Assembly: GCA_015063795.1 (NCBI GenBank) | Contig: SVTL01000001.1 | Coordinates: 111,614-175,613 of the forward strand | Reading direction: 5' to 3' | Source of the DNA: Oscillospiraceae bacterium | GTDB taxonomy: Bacteria > Bacillota > Clostridia > Oscillospirales > CAG-272 | DNA length: 64,000 bases | Shown here: piece by piece, positions 45,050 through 54,700 of the stretch | Layout: every line of letters begins with the position of its first letter | How positions within the stretch are numbered: position 1 is the stretch's first letter | Notes under the pieces: model-generated | What the model saw: the letters and a program-made list of their open reading frames with translations, nothing else | Database searches by the model: none | What the model was told of the DNA's origin: nothing | Program-made: the position numbers and the translations under genes

Positions 45050-45768
45050 ATTCCTATTCTGTCGAGCGGATTCTTCCGCTTCTTCTGAAGTCAAAGGGCG
45101 AGGCCGAGATCGGTGTCATCGGCAAAAGTATGAATCCGCTTTTGTTCAAAGGTGACAAGGTGATGCTCGCCGCAGCAGAGGAGTATGAAGCAGGAGATGT
45201 TTTGGTTTTTCGCTATAAGAACGGCGAATTGCTGATTCATCGCTTACTTTTCGTGCAGGATGGCCGTTATTTTTGCAAAGGGGACAACAGTTTTCGCCTT
45301 GAGGATCTTTCAAAGGAGCAGATTTTCGGAAAAGTGATCCGTGTCAACGGCAAAGCGTTCTGTCCTTGGCCCGCATGGAAAATCCGTCTTTCGTATGCCG
45401 TAAACCGCGCTTTTTTTGCTTCCCGCTACGATGTTAAAAAAACGAAACAAACAAATATATATAAAATCTATCAAAATCTTATTTTAAAGAAAGAGGTACT
45501 GACTATGATTTACCGCCAAAACAAACAGATGGACATCATCCCCACCGACGAAAACACCGTTGCTGTATTCGATCCCGATTCGGGCGATACGCATTTTCTC
45601 GACGAAACCGCCACGGATATTTTGAAATCACTCGAGAGTCCCTGCGATTTTGAAACGCTGCTTGCACGCCTCTGCGAAATATACGATGCATCGCCAGAGG
45701 ATATCCGTGCGGACGTGGAGGAGTTTCTTGCCGATATGGCGATCAAAAAGGTTGTGGAAGTGCAATGA
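45046..45768 (+). CDS. S24/S26-type serine peptidase fused to a PqqD-like peptide-binding (RRE) domain
   Basis: The N-terminal half contains GKSMNPLLFKGDKVML...GDVLVFRYKNGELLIHRLL...CKGDNS, a signal-peptidase/LexA-like Ser and His/Lys pattern. The C-terminal 85 aa (MIYRQNKQMDIIPTDENTVAVFDPDSGDTHFLDETATDILKSL...EFLADM) match PqqD. The start overlaps the upstream stop. Confidence 0.65.
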   Translation: MNSYSVERILPLLLKSKGEAEIGVIGKSMNPLLFKGDKVMLAAAEEYEAGDVLVFRYKNGELLIHRLLFVQDGRYFCKGDNSFRLEDLSKEQIFGKVIRVNGKAFCPWPAWKIRLSYAVNRAFFASRYDVKKTKQTNIYKIYQNLILKKEVLTMIYRQNKQMDIIPTDENTVAVFDPDSGDTHFLDETATDILKSLESPCDFETLLARLCEIYDASPEDIRADVEEFLADMAIKKVVEVQ

Positions 45769-46775
45769 ACATCAAAACCGTTTATGTTGAGATCACCAAT
45801 CGCTGCAACCTCAACTGTCAGACCTGTTACAACCGTTCGGGGATGAACCGTGTGACAAAGGAAATTTCGCCCGAACAGATTGAGGCGATCTGCCGCCGCT
45901 TTCGTCCGTATGGCATGAATCGTCTTCTGCTTTCGGGCGGTGAACCAAGCCTTCATTCCCGATTTTTTGATGTGTTGGCTCTTGCCGATCAATACCCCGA
46001 TATGACGTTCGGGATTGTGACAAACGGAACAAATTCCGATCCGCGTTTTATCGAAGCCGTTAATTGTCACGGCAATATGTTCATTCAAATCAGCCTTGAC
46101 GGTGCATCGGAGGAGAGTAACGCCAAAACACGCGGAGCGGGCAATTTTGAAAAAACGCTGTCTTTTGCAAGACAAATCCATACCGAAGGACGGCCGCATT
46201 TGTTGAAAATGGTGATTTCCAAATCCAACATCGACGATGTGGAGCCCTTTTACCGCCTTGCGCTTTCGCTTGGCTATCAGCCGGAGTTTGCTTTCATTTA
46301 CCGTTCGGGAAACGCCGATTCGGATTGGGAGAAAAAAGCGCTGACAGCGATGGAAAAATTCCGTCTTATGAAGCGGATTGACCGCCTGAATGAAGACCTT
46401 CACGGCAACGCCTTTTTACCGCGCTGCACGGTTCGCTGTCCTTTTACGAGAGGAGCAGACAGCCTTTCGCTTTGCATCCGTACCGATGGCGGCATTCAGC
46501 CCTGCCAAATGCTGTATGACAGTCGTTTTTCGCTCGGAAACATCTTTGAGACTCCGAATGCAGACCTGGAAAATGCATTTAGAAAAATGTGCGAAACGGC
46601 AAAAAAACGCTTGGAGACCGACTACGGCTGTTCTCGCTGCCTGCTTCGGAACGGTTGCGGACACGGTTGTATGGCGGCAGCTGTTTGCCTCAATGGAGAC
46701 CCCTTGGCCGACGATGGCGATTGTGCCTTCCGCAAAAGCATCTTTCTCGGATATGATTTGAAACGAGGTATATAA
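45765..46775 (+). CDS. Radical SAM peptide maturase with a SPASM domain
   Basis: It has CNLNCQTC (CX3CX2C) at the N-terminus. The Cys-rich C-terminus (CTVRCPF...GGIQPCQ...GCSRCLLRNGCGHGC) is typical of SPASM auxiliary clusters. Confidence 0.85.
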   Translation: MNIKTVYVEITNRCNLNCQTCYNRSGMNRVTKEISPEQIEAICRRFRPYGMNRLLLSGGEPSLHSRFFDVLALADQYPDMTFGIVTNGTNSDPRFIEAVNCHGNMFIQISLDGASEESNAKTRGAGNFEKTLSFARQIHTEGRPHLLKMVISKSNIDDVEPFYRLALSLGYQPEFAFIYRSGNADSDWEKKALTAMEKFRLMKRIDRLNEDLHGNAFLPRCTVRCPFTRGADSLSLCIRTDGGIQPCQMLYDSRFSLGNIFETPNADLENAFRKMCETAKKRLETDYGCSRCLLRNGCGHGCMAAAVCLNGDPLADDGDCAFRKSIFLGYDLKRGI

Positions 46776-46776
46776 A

Positions 46777-48588
46777 ATGGAGAAGAAAGAGAAAAACTCA
46801 ACGATGAAAAGCAATCTGTATTTTCTGCGCTTGATTCATAGGGCAAGTCCGGGAAGGATTCCGATGGCAATGACCGTGGTTTTCTTTAAATCGGTCTCCA
46901 ATTTTCTGTTTGACGTGTATCTGATCCGATACATTGTCAACGGGCTTCAAACCGGTCTTTCCTTCCGTTCAACGGCTCTTTTCTTGCTGGCGGTTGCGGG
47001 ATACCACGCGTTGGTTTGCCTGCTCGAAAACTACTATACCGAGATTTTCGTCCCCTCTTCCGATCTGGCCATTTCCGGATATTTACATAAGCTGGTGTTT
47101 GCCAAGGCCAAAGAGGTGGAGCTGGCGTGCTTTGAGAATCCCGCGTTTTACAACAAATATGTAAAGGCGACCGGAGAATTGGCCAAACGGAGCGGTCAGC
47201 TGCTGAGCACGGTCACTTCCATTGTTCGCTGTGTGTTTCTGCTCTTGGCAACGTCGTTTTTGATTTTTGTCATCGATCCGCTTCTGATCGTGTTCGCTGT
47301 ATTGCCCACGGTGATGAATCTGCTGCTTGGAAAGTATCAGAACAATCTTCGCCATGAGCACAGTGTGAAAATGAAAGAGATCGGCCGCAAACGGGATTAT
47401 GTGAACCGTACCTTTTATCTTGCCGATTATGCCAAAGAAATGCGGCTGACACAGCTTTATAAGGTGATGTTCCGCCGCCTAGATGAAACCATAAAGGAAA
47501 TGAAGGCGCAGATTGACAAGGACGGCTTTCGGCTTGCTTGCTTCGGTTATTTGTTTATGGCGGTGAGCGACATCGTTGTGTATCTCGGAACCATACTGTA
47601 TGCCGCGTTCCGCACGCTGGTGAGCGGAACGATGCTTTTCGGTGATTGCGTGGTGGTTATCAACACCATCAATTCCACCATGCAGGCTATGCAGGCCATG
47701 TCCGGCATTTTGGTTCGTTTTCAGGGGCATGCGCTGTACATCAACGATTTGAGGCATTTTTTGGAGCACGAGTCAACCATTCCCGATGTGGAGACGGCAG
47801 CCGATGCCCCGAGAAAGGCGTCTCTGTCGCTCAACCATGTTTCGTTTTGTTACGACGGACAGACGAAGAACGCTCTGTCCGATATCAATCTGACGCTTCG
47901 TCACGGCGAAAAAGTCGCACTTGTCGGACACAACGGTGCAGGGAAAACAACGCTGATCAAATTGATTCTTCGGCTTTACGATCCGACAGAAGGAGAGGTC
48001 ACGTTGTCCGATATCCCGATCAAAGATCTGCGGCTCGGAAGTTATCGAGAGCGATTTGGCGCGGTGTTTCAGGATTACCGCGTGTTTTCTCTGAGCGTAA
48101 CCGATAATGTTCTCCTGAAAGGAAACATTACCGACGAGGAGCGGGTGATTGCTTTGAACGGTATGGAAAAAAGCGGGATTTTGCCGAAGGTGGAAACGCT
48201 TCCGTTCGGTGCAGATACGGTGCTGACCAAAGAGTTTGACAGCAACGGTGCCGTTTTGTCCGGCGGAGAATGTCAAAAAATTGCCATCGCTCGTGTGTTT
48301 GCCAAAGACTGTGAATTTATCATCATGGACGAACCGACAAGTGCCCTCGATCCCATTGCCGAATATGAGATGTATGAGGCAATGAAGGAGGTGTGCAGGG
48401 ACAAAACCGTGATCTTTATTTCTCACCGCCTTTCCTCTGCCACTCTAGCCGATCGGGTGTATCTGATGGAAGAGGGGCGCATCGCGGAAGAAGGGACGCA
48501 CGCTGAGTTATTGGAGAAAAATGGGAAATACGCCGATATGTGGCGCAAGCAGGCCGAAAAATACGCCGAGGAGGCGACTATACGATGA
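46777..48588 (+). CDS. ABC exporter, fused permease/ATPase (half transporter 1)
   Basis: This is a 603-aa ORF with an N-terminal TM region. It has Walker A GHNGAGKTTL, the signature LSGGECQKIAIAR and Walker B IIMDEPTSALD. Confidence 0.9.
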   Translation: MEKKEKNSTMKSNLYFLRLIHRASPGRIPMAMTVVFFKSVSNFLFDVYLIRYIVNGLQTGLSFRSTALFLLAVAGYHALVCLLENYYTEIFVPSSDLAISGYLHKLVFAKAKEVELACFENPAFYNKYVKATGELAKRSGQLLSTVTSIVRCVFLLLATSFLIFVIDPLLIVFAVLPTVMNLLLGKYQNNLRHEHSVKMKEIGRKRDYVNRTFYLADYAKEMRLTQLYKVMFRRLDETIKEMKAQIDKDGFRLACFGYLFMAVSDIVVYLGTILYAAFRTLVSGTMLFGDCVVVINTINSTMQAMQAMSGILVRFQGHALYINDLRHFLEHESTIPDVETAADAPRKASLSLNHVSFCYDGQTKNALSDINLTLRHGEKVALVGHNGAGKTTLIKLILRLYDPTEGEVTLSDIPIKDLRLGSYRERFGAVFQDYRVFSLSVTDNVLLKGNITDEERVIALNGMEKSGILPKVETLPFGADTVLTKEFDSNGAVLSGGECQKIAIARVFAKDCEFIIMDEPTSALDPIAEYEMYEAMKEVCRDKTVIFISHRLSSATLADRVYLMEEGRIAEEGTHAELLEKNGKYADMWRKQAEKYAEEATIR

Positions 48589-50375
48589 AAACGTTGAAAA
48601 ATATATGGTTCATGCTGAGAGAAGTTATCCGCTATACGCCCTCCTTCTTTTGCTTTGTCATTTTAGAGGGAGTGATGTGGGGGTGTATCCATTCCTTTAC
48701 CGGCGTTCTGTTCATCCGAGAGTTGTTTGACCGAATCGAACAGCAAGCTCCTTTTTCGGAGATTTTGACGCTTGTGGGCTGGATGGCACTGTTTTTGGTA
48801 ACATCCTATGTCTTTTACGAGTGGTATTTGCATTTGGCCGAGCCGAAGGCCAGGGTAGATCTGCATATTCGGATGCAGAGTAAATTGTACCGCAAGGCTT
48901 TGGAATTGGATCTTGCCTGCTACGACGATCCGACTTTTTTCAATGATTTTGTTTGGGCTTCCCGTCAGGCGGACGGACGGGCGATATCGGTGGCGAAGGA
49001 TTTCGGAAAGGTGATCAATCGTTTGGTTTCCGCAATGGTCATTTTCGGCGTCCTTTTGACGGTGGATGTTTGGATTGTTTTGGCTATCGCTTTTTCGGTG
49101 GCCTTTACCTTGGTGCTGAAACTGATAAGAACCAAATTGCAGCTTGCGAGAGACGAGGAACTTCGTCCTTTTCAGAGAAAAAAAGGATATGTTTCCCGCG
49201 TGTTCTATCTTCCCGAGTACGCGAAGGAGCTTCGACTTTCTCACGCCGATGAGCCGTTGATAAATGAATACGATGCGGCAACCGAAAGTGAAAAAAAACT
49301 GTATAAGTCCTGCGGCATGAAAATGTTTTTTCTCGGTCTTTGTCGGAGCGTTACGGCTTCCATGCTGTTTGATGTGGGCATTCTTCTCCTGCTTGTCTAT
49401 AAGATCTTGGTGGAGAAGAGCATTTCTTTGGGTGATTTTGCCGCTTCGGCAGGCGCGGCCTGGAAACTGTTCGGGCAGATCAACAGCCTGATGGATTATT
49501 TGGCGAAATTTAAAGAGCACAGCCTTTATACCGAAAAGTTCCGCGCGTTTCTGTCCTACCGTCCGACGGTATCCGATGCTCCCGGTGCGAAAGAAGCGCC
49601 GAACACATTCGCGGGGCTGACCTTGAACAATCTGTCCTTTGCCTATTCGGGCGGGAAAACAGTTTTGAAAAACATCAATTTGTCAATCAAGCCGGGACAG
49701 AAGGTGGCGCTGGTTGGGTACAACGGTGCTGGAAAGACCACGTTGATCAAACTGCTTCTCCGTTTGTACGATCCCTCTGACGGTAGAATTGAATTCAACG
49801 GAAGGGATGTTCGCGAGTATACGGTTGCCTCGTATCGGGAGCAGTTTGGTGCAGTGTTTCAGGATTATAAACTGTTTGCCGCATCTCTTGCCGAAAACGT
49901 GTTGAGCGGAGAGGTGCCGGAGGATGGCGGAATGATCGCACGCGAAGCGTTGAAACAGAGCGGATTTTTGAGCAAATTGGAAAGTTTACCGCTGGGCGTG
50001 GATACGCCGTTGACGCGGGAATTTGATCCGAGCGGCATCAATTTATCGGGCGGAGAAGAGCAAAAGGTGGCAATTGCACGGGTTTTTGCGAAAAACAGTC
50101 CGATTTTGATTTTGGACGAGCCCTCTTCTGCACTGGATCCGATCAGCGAATATGAATTGAACAAGACCATGAGGTCGGCTGCCTTTGATAAAACGGTTGT
50201 TTTCATTTCGCATCGCCTGTCTACCACGCGTATGGCCGATGTGATTTATATGCTGGACGGAGGCGAGATCGTTGAGCAAGGAAGCCATGAGGAATTAATG
50301 GCGATGGACGGAAAATATGCGGCGATGTTCCGTTTGCAGGCTGAGAAGTACAAGAAGGAGGGGGTGCTTCTGTGA
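48585..50375 (+). CDS. ABC exporter, fused permease/ATPase (half transporter 2)
   Basis: The start is at the ATG at 48585, which overlaps the upstream stop (ATGA). It has GYNGAGKTTL, LSGGEEQKVAIAR and LILDEPSSALD. Confidence 0.9.
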   Translation: MKTLKNIWFMLREVIRYTPSFFCFVILEGVMWGCIHSFTGVLFIRELFDRIEQQAPFSEILTLVGWMALFLVTSYVFYEWYLHLAEPKARVDLHIRMQSKLYRKALELDLACYDDPTFFNDFVWASRQADGRAISVAKDFGKVINRLVSAMVIFGVLLTVDVWIVLAIAFSVAFTLVLKLIRTKLQLARDEELRPFQRKKGYVSRVFYLPEYAKELRLSHADEPLINEYDAATESEKKLYKSCGMKMFFLGLCRSVTASMLFDVGILLLLVYKILVEKSISLGDFAASAGAAWKLFGQINSLMDYLAKFKEHSLYTEKFRAFLSYRPTVSDAPGAKEAPNTFAGLTLNNLSFAYSGGKTVLKNINLSIKPGQKVALVGYNGAGKTTLIKLLLRLYDPSDGRIEFNGRDVREYTVASYREQFGAVFQDYKLFAASLAENVLSGEVPEDGGMIAREALKQSGFLSKLESLPLGVDTPLTREFDPSGINLSGGEEQKVAIARVFAKNSPILILDEPSSALDPISEYELNKTMRSAAFDKTVVFISHRLSTTRMADVIYMLDGGEIVEQGSHEELMAMDGKYAAMFRLQAEKYKKEGVLL

Positions 50376-51409
50376 CTCCCGATGTGTTGGTTGCATCTCT
50401 TCGAGGCGTTGCGTGCGGTGAAAAGCCCGATGAGGATTTCATTGCGTTCTTGAAAAAACACCGCGGTGAGATTCTGCTTGATACGCCGAGGAGGGATCCT
50501 GCAGAGATCCTCTTGAACCGCGCGGCCGTTCAAGAGAGATACAAGGTTTGCGCCGATGTCTTTTGCGAGTTGGAGGAAAGGCAAATTCCCTATGCCGTTG
50601 TCAAGGGAGCGGTTTTGTCCGAAACGATTTTTGGCGATCCCTTTCGTCGGGTATCAGGGGATTTGGATATTCTCCTTTGCCGCGATTTTTTGGATGAGGC
50701 AAAGACGGTGTTGTTGCGGCACGGCTTTTTGCAGGGCAGAGTGGGGGACGGTGACATCGTACCGTATTCCCGCTCGGAGCTTCTGTTTTATACAGTGAAC
50801 AGCCACCAGGCAGCACCTTTTATCAAGAAAACAAAGAATCGCTTATGCCCATTTGTAAATGTGGACGTGAATGTTGATATTCTTTGGGGAGAGAGCGGTG
50901 TTAAAACCGATATGAAGGCTTTTCTTATGCATACGGAGGTGAAAAACTTTTTCGGTATCCCTTTTCGTTCTTTGACAGAAGAGGCCGCCTTTCTTGCCTT
51001 ATGTCTTCATCATTATAAGGATATGAATTCGATTTTTTTGCTGTCGGAACGGGGGCTTGGAATCGGAACTTTTGCGGAGATCTATCTGTCGCTGAAAAAT
51101 GGAACGGTTTGTTCAGAAAAACTGACAGCGCTTTCCGATGCTTTTTCTGTTACGCCGTATGTGTTTTATTGTCTTTGGTCTGCGTATGAGTTGTTCGGCG
51201 ATCCATTGCTTTTGCCTTTCATCAAGGCGTCCGATTCGAACACGGGTAGGATGCTTTTGGGGACGTTTGGTCTTACCGAAGATGAACGGAAGAAGTGGCC
51301 GGTTTCTTTGGCGGAGAGAGTATGCAAAGAAGATTTTTCGCTTTGGTTTGATTCGCTGTTGGATGAGGAGGAGCGAGAGAAAATTCGCGTTAACAAGAAA
51401 ATGCTTTGA
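50372..51409 (+). CDS. Uncharacterised nucleotidyltransferase-family protein (type found in RiPP clusters)
   Basis: This is a 345-aa ORF. IPYAVVKGAVLSETIFGDPFRRVSGDLDILL matches the KG...R...D.D.L nucleotidyltransferase signature. The start overlaps the ABC gene end. Confidence 0.6.
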   Translation: MTPDVLVASLRGVACGEKPDEDFIAFLKKHRGEILLDTPRRDPAEILLNRAAVQERYKVCADVFCELEERQIPYAVVKGAVLSETIFGDPFRRVSGDLDILLCRDFLDEAKTVLLRHGFLQGRVGDGDIVPYSRSELLFYTVNSHQAAPFIKKTKNRLCPFVNVDVNVDILWGESGVKTDMKAFLMHTEVKNFFGIPFRSLTEEAAFLALCLHHYKDMNSIFLLSERGLGIGTFAEIYLSLKNGTVCSEKLTALSDAFSVTPYVFYCLWSAYELFGDPLLLPFIKASDSNTGRMLLGTFGLTEDERKKWPVSLAERVCKEDFSLWFDSLLDEEEREKIRVNKKML

Positions 51410-51474
51410 AAAGGATTTTTTTGTGCGAAAGATCATCGTTCTTTGTGAGCGGAACAATTATATTTTTATAGTTT

Positions 51475-51520
51475 GTAAGTCTATCTCTTTTTATTGCGAT
51501 AGACTTACATCTTTATTTTA
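51475..51520 (+). terminator. Rho-independent terminator of the RiPP-like operon
   Basis: An 11-bp stem GTAAGTCTATC / GATAGACTTAC is followed by ATCTTTATTTTA. Confidence 0.75.
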
Positions 51521-51539
51521 TTGAAAAATATTAAATATA

Positions 51540-51568
51540 TTGACAATATTTAATTTTCATGATATCAT
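51540..51568 (+). promoter_or_regulatory. Sigma-A-like promoter of the RHS operon
   Basis: It reads TTGACA-N17-TATCAT, which would give a leader of about 200 nt before the ATG at 51769. Confidence 0.55.
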
Positions 51569-51768
51569 ATAATTGAAAAGCAAGTGACAAAGAGCTTTTG
51601 GGGGCACAATTGAATGCACCATGTTTTTGCGATGCTTTTGTTTCCCGAAAAGTACAATACCTTTGTGAAAAAAAGGAGGTGTTATTCTTTCTCTTCGCAT
51701 GATCATCGATATGTGTTAGTAGTCCGTCCATGCCAGACCCAGAAGAGCCGGAAAGGAGTTTTCTAGTT

Positions 51769-54700
51769 ATGACACAAAAAATCAAGACGAACACAAACGC
51801 AAAACGCATCGGAAAGAGAACACTTAGTTTTCTTCTGGCGTTTACCATCCTGCTGACCGGAAACCTGCTGTTCGTGCAGGCTGTTTCGGAGCAAATTGCA
51901 CAAGCGATTCCACAGCAGACGAGAGATATTTCTGTGCTGATGGATTCTCTTGATCAGTACATGTATTTTTCGGATGCTGAAAAGAAGCTTGTCAGCGATT
52001 ATGTGAGAGCGCAGGCAATCAGCAGCCGTGTTTCTTCGGATAACGCGACGACTGCTCCTCTTGCACCGCAGCCTGTCAACAGCACACAAACGGTTTTTAC
52101 ACCGATTCGAAGTGAAGTTGAGGAGCCGGCAGTTCCCGAAAATCTCTATCCGAGAATTCTTTCGGAGTCCGTTCTGCGCGAGATCGTATCGTCTCACAAT
52201 TCGTTCGCTCGTTGTACCGAAGAGCAGGTTCAATATCTGCTCGGGTATCTTGCTGTTCAAAACGAAAAGGTCGACACCGTTCTGGCTCTGTTCGAGGATC
52301 TGGAAGAGCAGGGCTATGGCGTGTATGACAGCGTTCTGATTCTTCAGATTCACAGTTACGGTATTTTTACGCTTTCCGAAGCTATTTCTGTCTATTCTTC
52401 ATATGATTCACGTGCTGCGCGGGACAAAGATGTCCGCGCCTTTTTAGACTTTGCGATGAATTTTGATATTGAAGACGACGTAGAAGAAGCAAAATTAAAT
52501 CATATTGAATATACATATGGGCCTCGCAATGGCGGGACTTACACAAGCGCATCCTCTTTTGCGGAGGCAAAGGCGCTCTTTTTGGCCGGATATCCTGTTA
52601 AGAATGTTCGTTCTGCCTATGTGATCGGTCACGCGCTTGGATGCGATCCTTCTGTCATCGCGACAAAAGAAGATGTTTCTGCGAGCAGTTTGGCTCTGAC
52701 ATCGAGTGATGCTCGATTCCTTGCGAAATACGCAGTCAATCTGTCCTCGGTTCGGAATCAGATGGAGTCGGGTGTGATAGTCACTCCGATAGCGCCGTTA
52801 CATCCCTCATATGCTATTATCGCTCCACCTGCCGTGGTTGCTCCTGCTCCTGCCATGACATCGCTGGAAGAACTCGAACAGAGAGCGGCTGTGTCAGCGG
52901 AGTTGTATTCAATGGGAGACGGAAATACGGTTCCTCTTGCGCCTGCACGCGAAGAAGTTCAAGCCCCATATACTATGGTTGCCGGAGAAAACGGGGGCGT
53001 TTCTCTCAACTCCGGCGCATCAACCTATGCTGAAAATCTGTTTGCCATCCCTGGTGCAAATGGGATGGATATCAATTTGACGTTACAGTACAGTTCCGCG
53101 AGAGCTGAGTTGAAAACGCCATATATGATTGCGCATTTGGAAGTCTTTCCCTATGAGGATGAGTATGGAAATGTAGTTCCTTATTATGAATGGGTTTATG
53201 AAAATGTAACCTTAAACGATGCTTTTACATCGTCATTTTATAAAATCGGCATCGGTTGGACGTTTGATTTGCCATATTATTTTAAGGGGTATCATTATTA
53301 TCCGATACATGAACATCCAGACTCCGATTCAACGGTGTTCAACGGGGTTGAGTATAGTCCCATCCTATACATTCCTGGTGAAGGCTATCTCAAAGTGGTT
53401 GAAAACGGAGACTTCGATGAGAATAATATTTGGAATATCTCTTCCTATTCTGTAACATCTGTCAATAATGTTGTCACGATGCAACCATACGATCCGACTG
53501 ATAATGAAGATCAAACGATTGTGTCTGTTGCGACTGTATCGACAGGACGCAAGTATTATTTCAATCACAACGGACATATTGTCAAAGAAACTGATCGGTA
53601 TGGCAACCAAATCATATACCAATATAACGGAAATTCTCTTGTATCGATCAGTAATTCCGGCGGATCTTTGAATTTTTCTTACAGTTTGGAGAATAACGTT
53701 CGGACGACCACCATTACGGCAGACATGGTCGGATCTATCAATACGACAGAAGAAACGGAGGTTATACTAACTTCTAACAAGCTGAATGGATATGACAACA
53801 AGTACTCCCTCACAAGCATCGTAAAAAGGAGGGCGTTATCGCCTTCTGGCTCAAACACCACTTCGTTTGATTACGTTAGCGAGAGCGTTGATTTCAATTT
53901 CTGGGCCAAGGTTTTAGACGAAGTAAATAACAACGACAATCCTGAAGATGACATTGCGGCAGGATATGCGTCGTACCGTGTTTTGTTGCTAAAAAACGTA
54001 TATGGCAACACTGAAAATAAGACAACATCAGGATCAACTGTGTCACATATTAGGTACTTATACCCAGAAACATCCGGCGGTATTAACGTCCATTTCTTGT
54101 GGGGTTCTTTTGCTGTGCAATCGTGTATTCAAAGAATCGGAGATCAAACCGTGAATCGCTATACGTATCAGTATACGTGGAGCGAAAACGATAAAATTGC
54201 ATCCACCGCTACTGTTAAAAAGGACGATGACACAGGGGTGGTGTACACATTTGACGAAGACGGGACCGTTGTCAAAAAGAATTCGTTCGTTTTTGGGGAA
54301 TATGCTGTAAGCCGTGCGCCGTATCTACCTTGGAAAGAAGAAAGTTACACATATTTCGGATCAAAACCTCTTACGCGAACGACAACAATTCGATATGATT
54401 ATGCAACCCCCATTATCACGCCTCAAGAGGTGTTCCACGAAGGGTATGAATTGGGTTGCGATTGCGGAGAAATCAATGGGCCTGACGGTTGCGGTCATCC
54501 TAGTGAGTGGATTGATGGATGGACGGAGTTTGTCGGCTACGACTATACCTTCAACGCTGTATCCACAACGACCGAATCCTGGACGTATGATGAAGAAACG
54601 CGCCATTTAACCTCATACAAGTCTCCAAAAACTGCTTCGGAATCCGATACCGAACACACAACGACCTATATCTATGATGCGGTTGATGATGACGATGATG

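Noticed and set aside
51531-51848. A 105-aa minus-strand ORF across the RHS promoter and leader.
   Set aside because: It covers the TTGACA-N17-TATCAT promoter and the RHS start region. It has no RBS and sits in AT-rich intergenic sequence. The short MIIDMC mini-ORF after the AAGGAGG at about 51673 was also not called, because its RBS spacing is too long.
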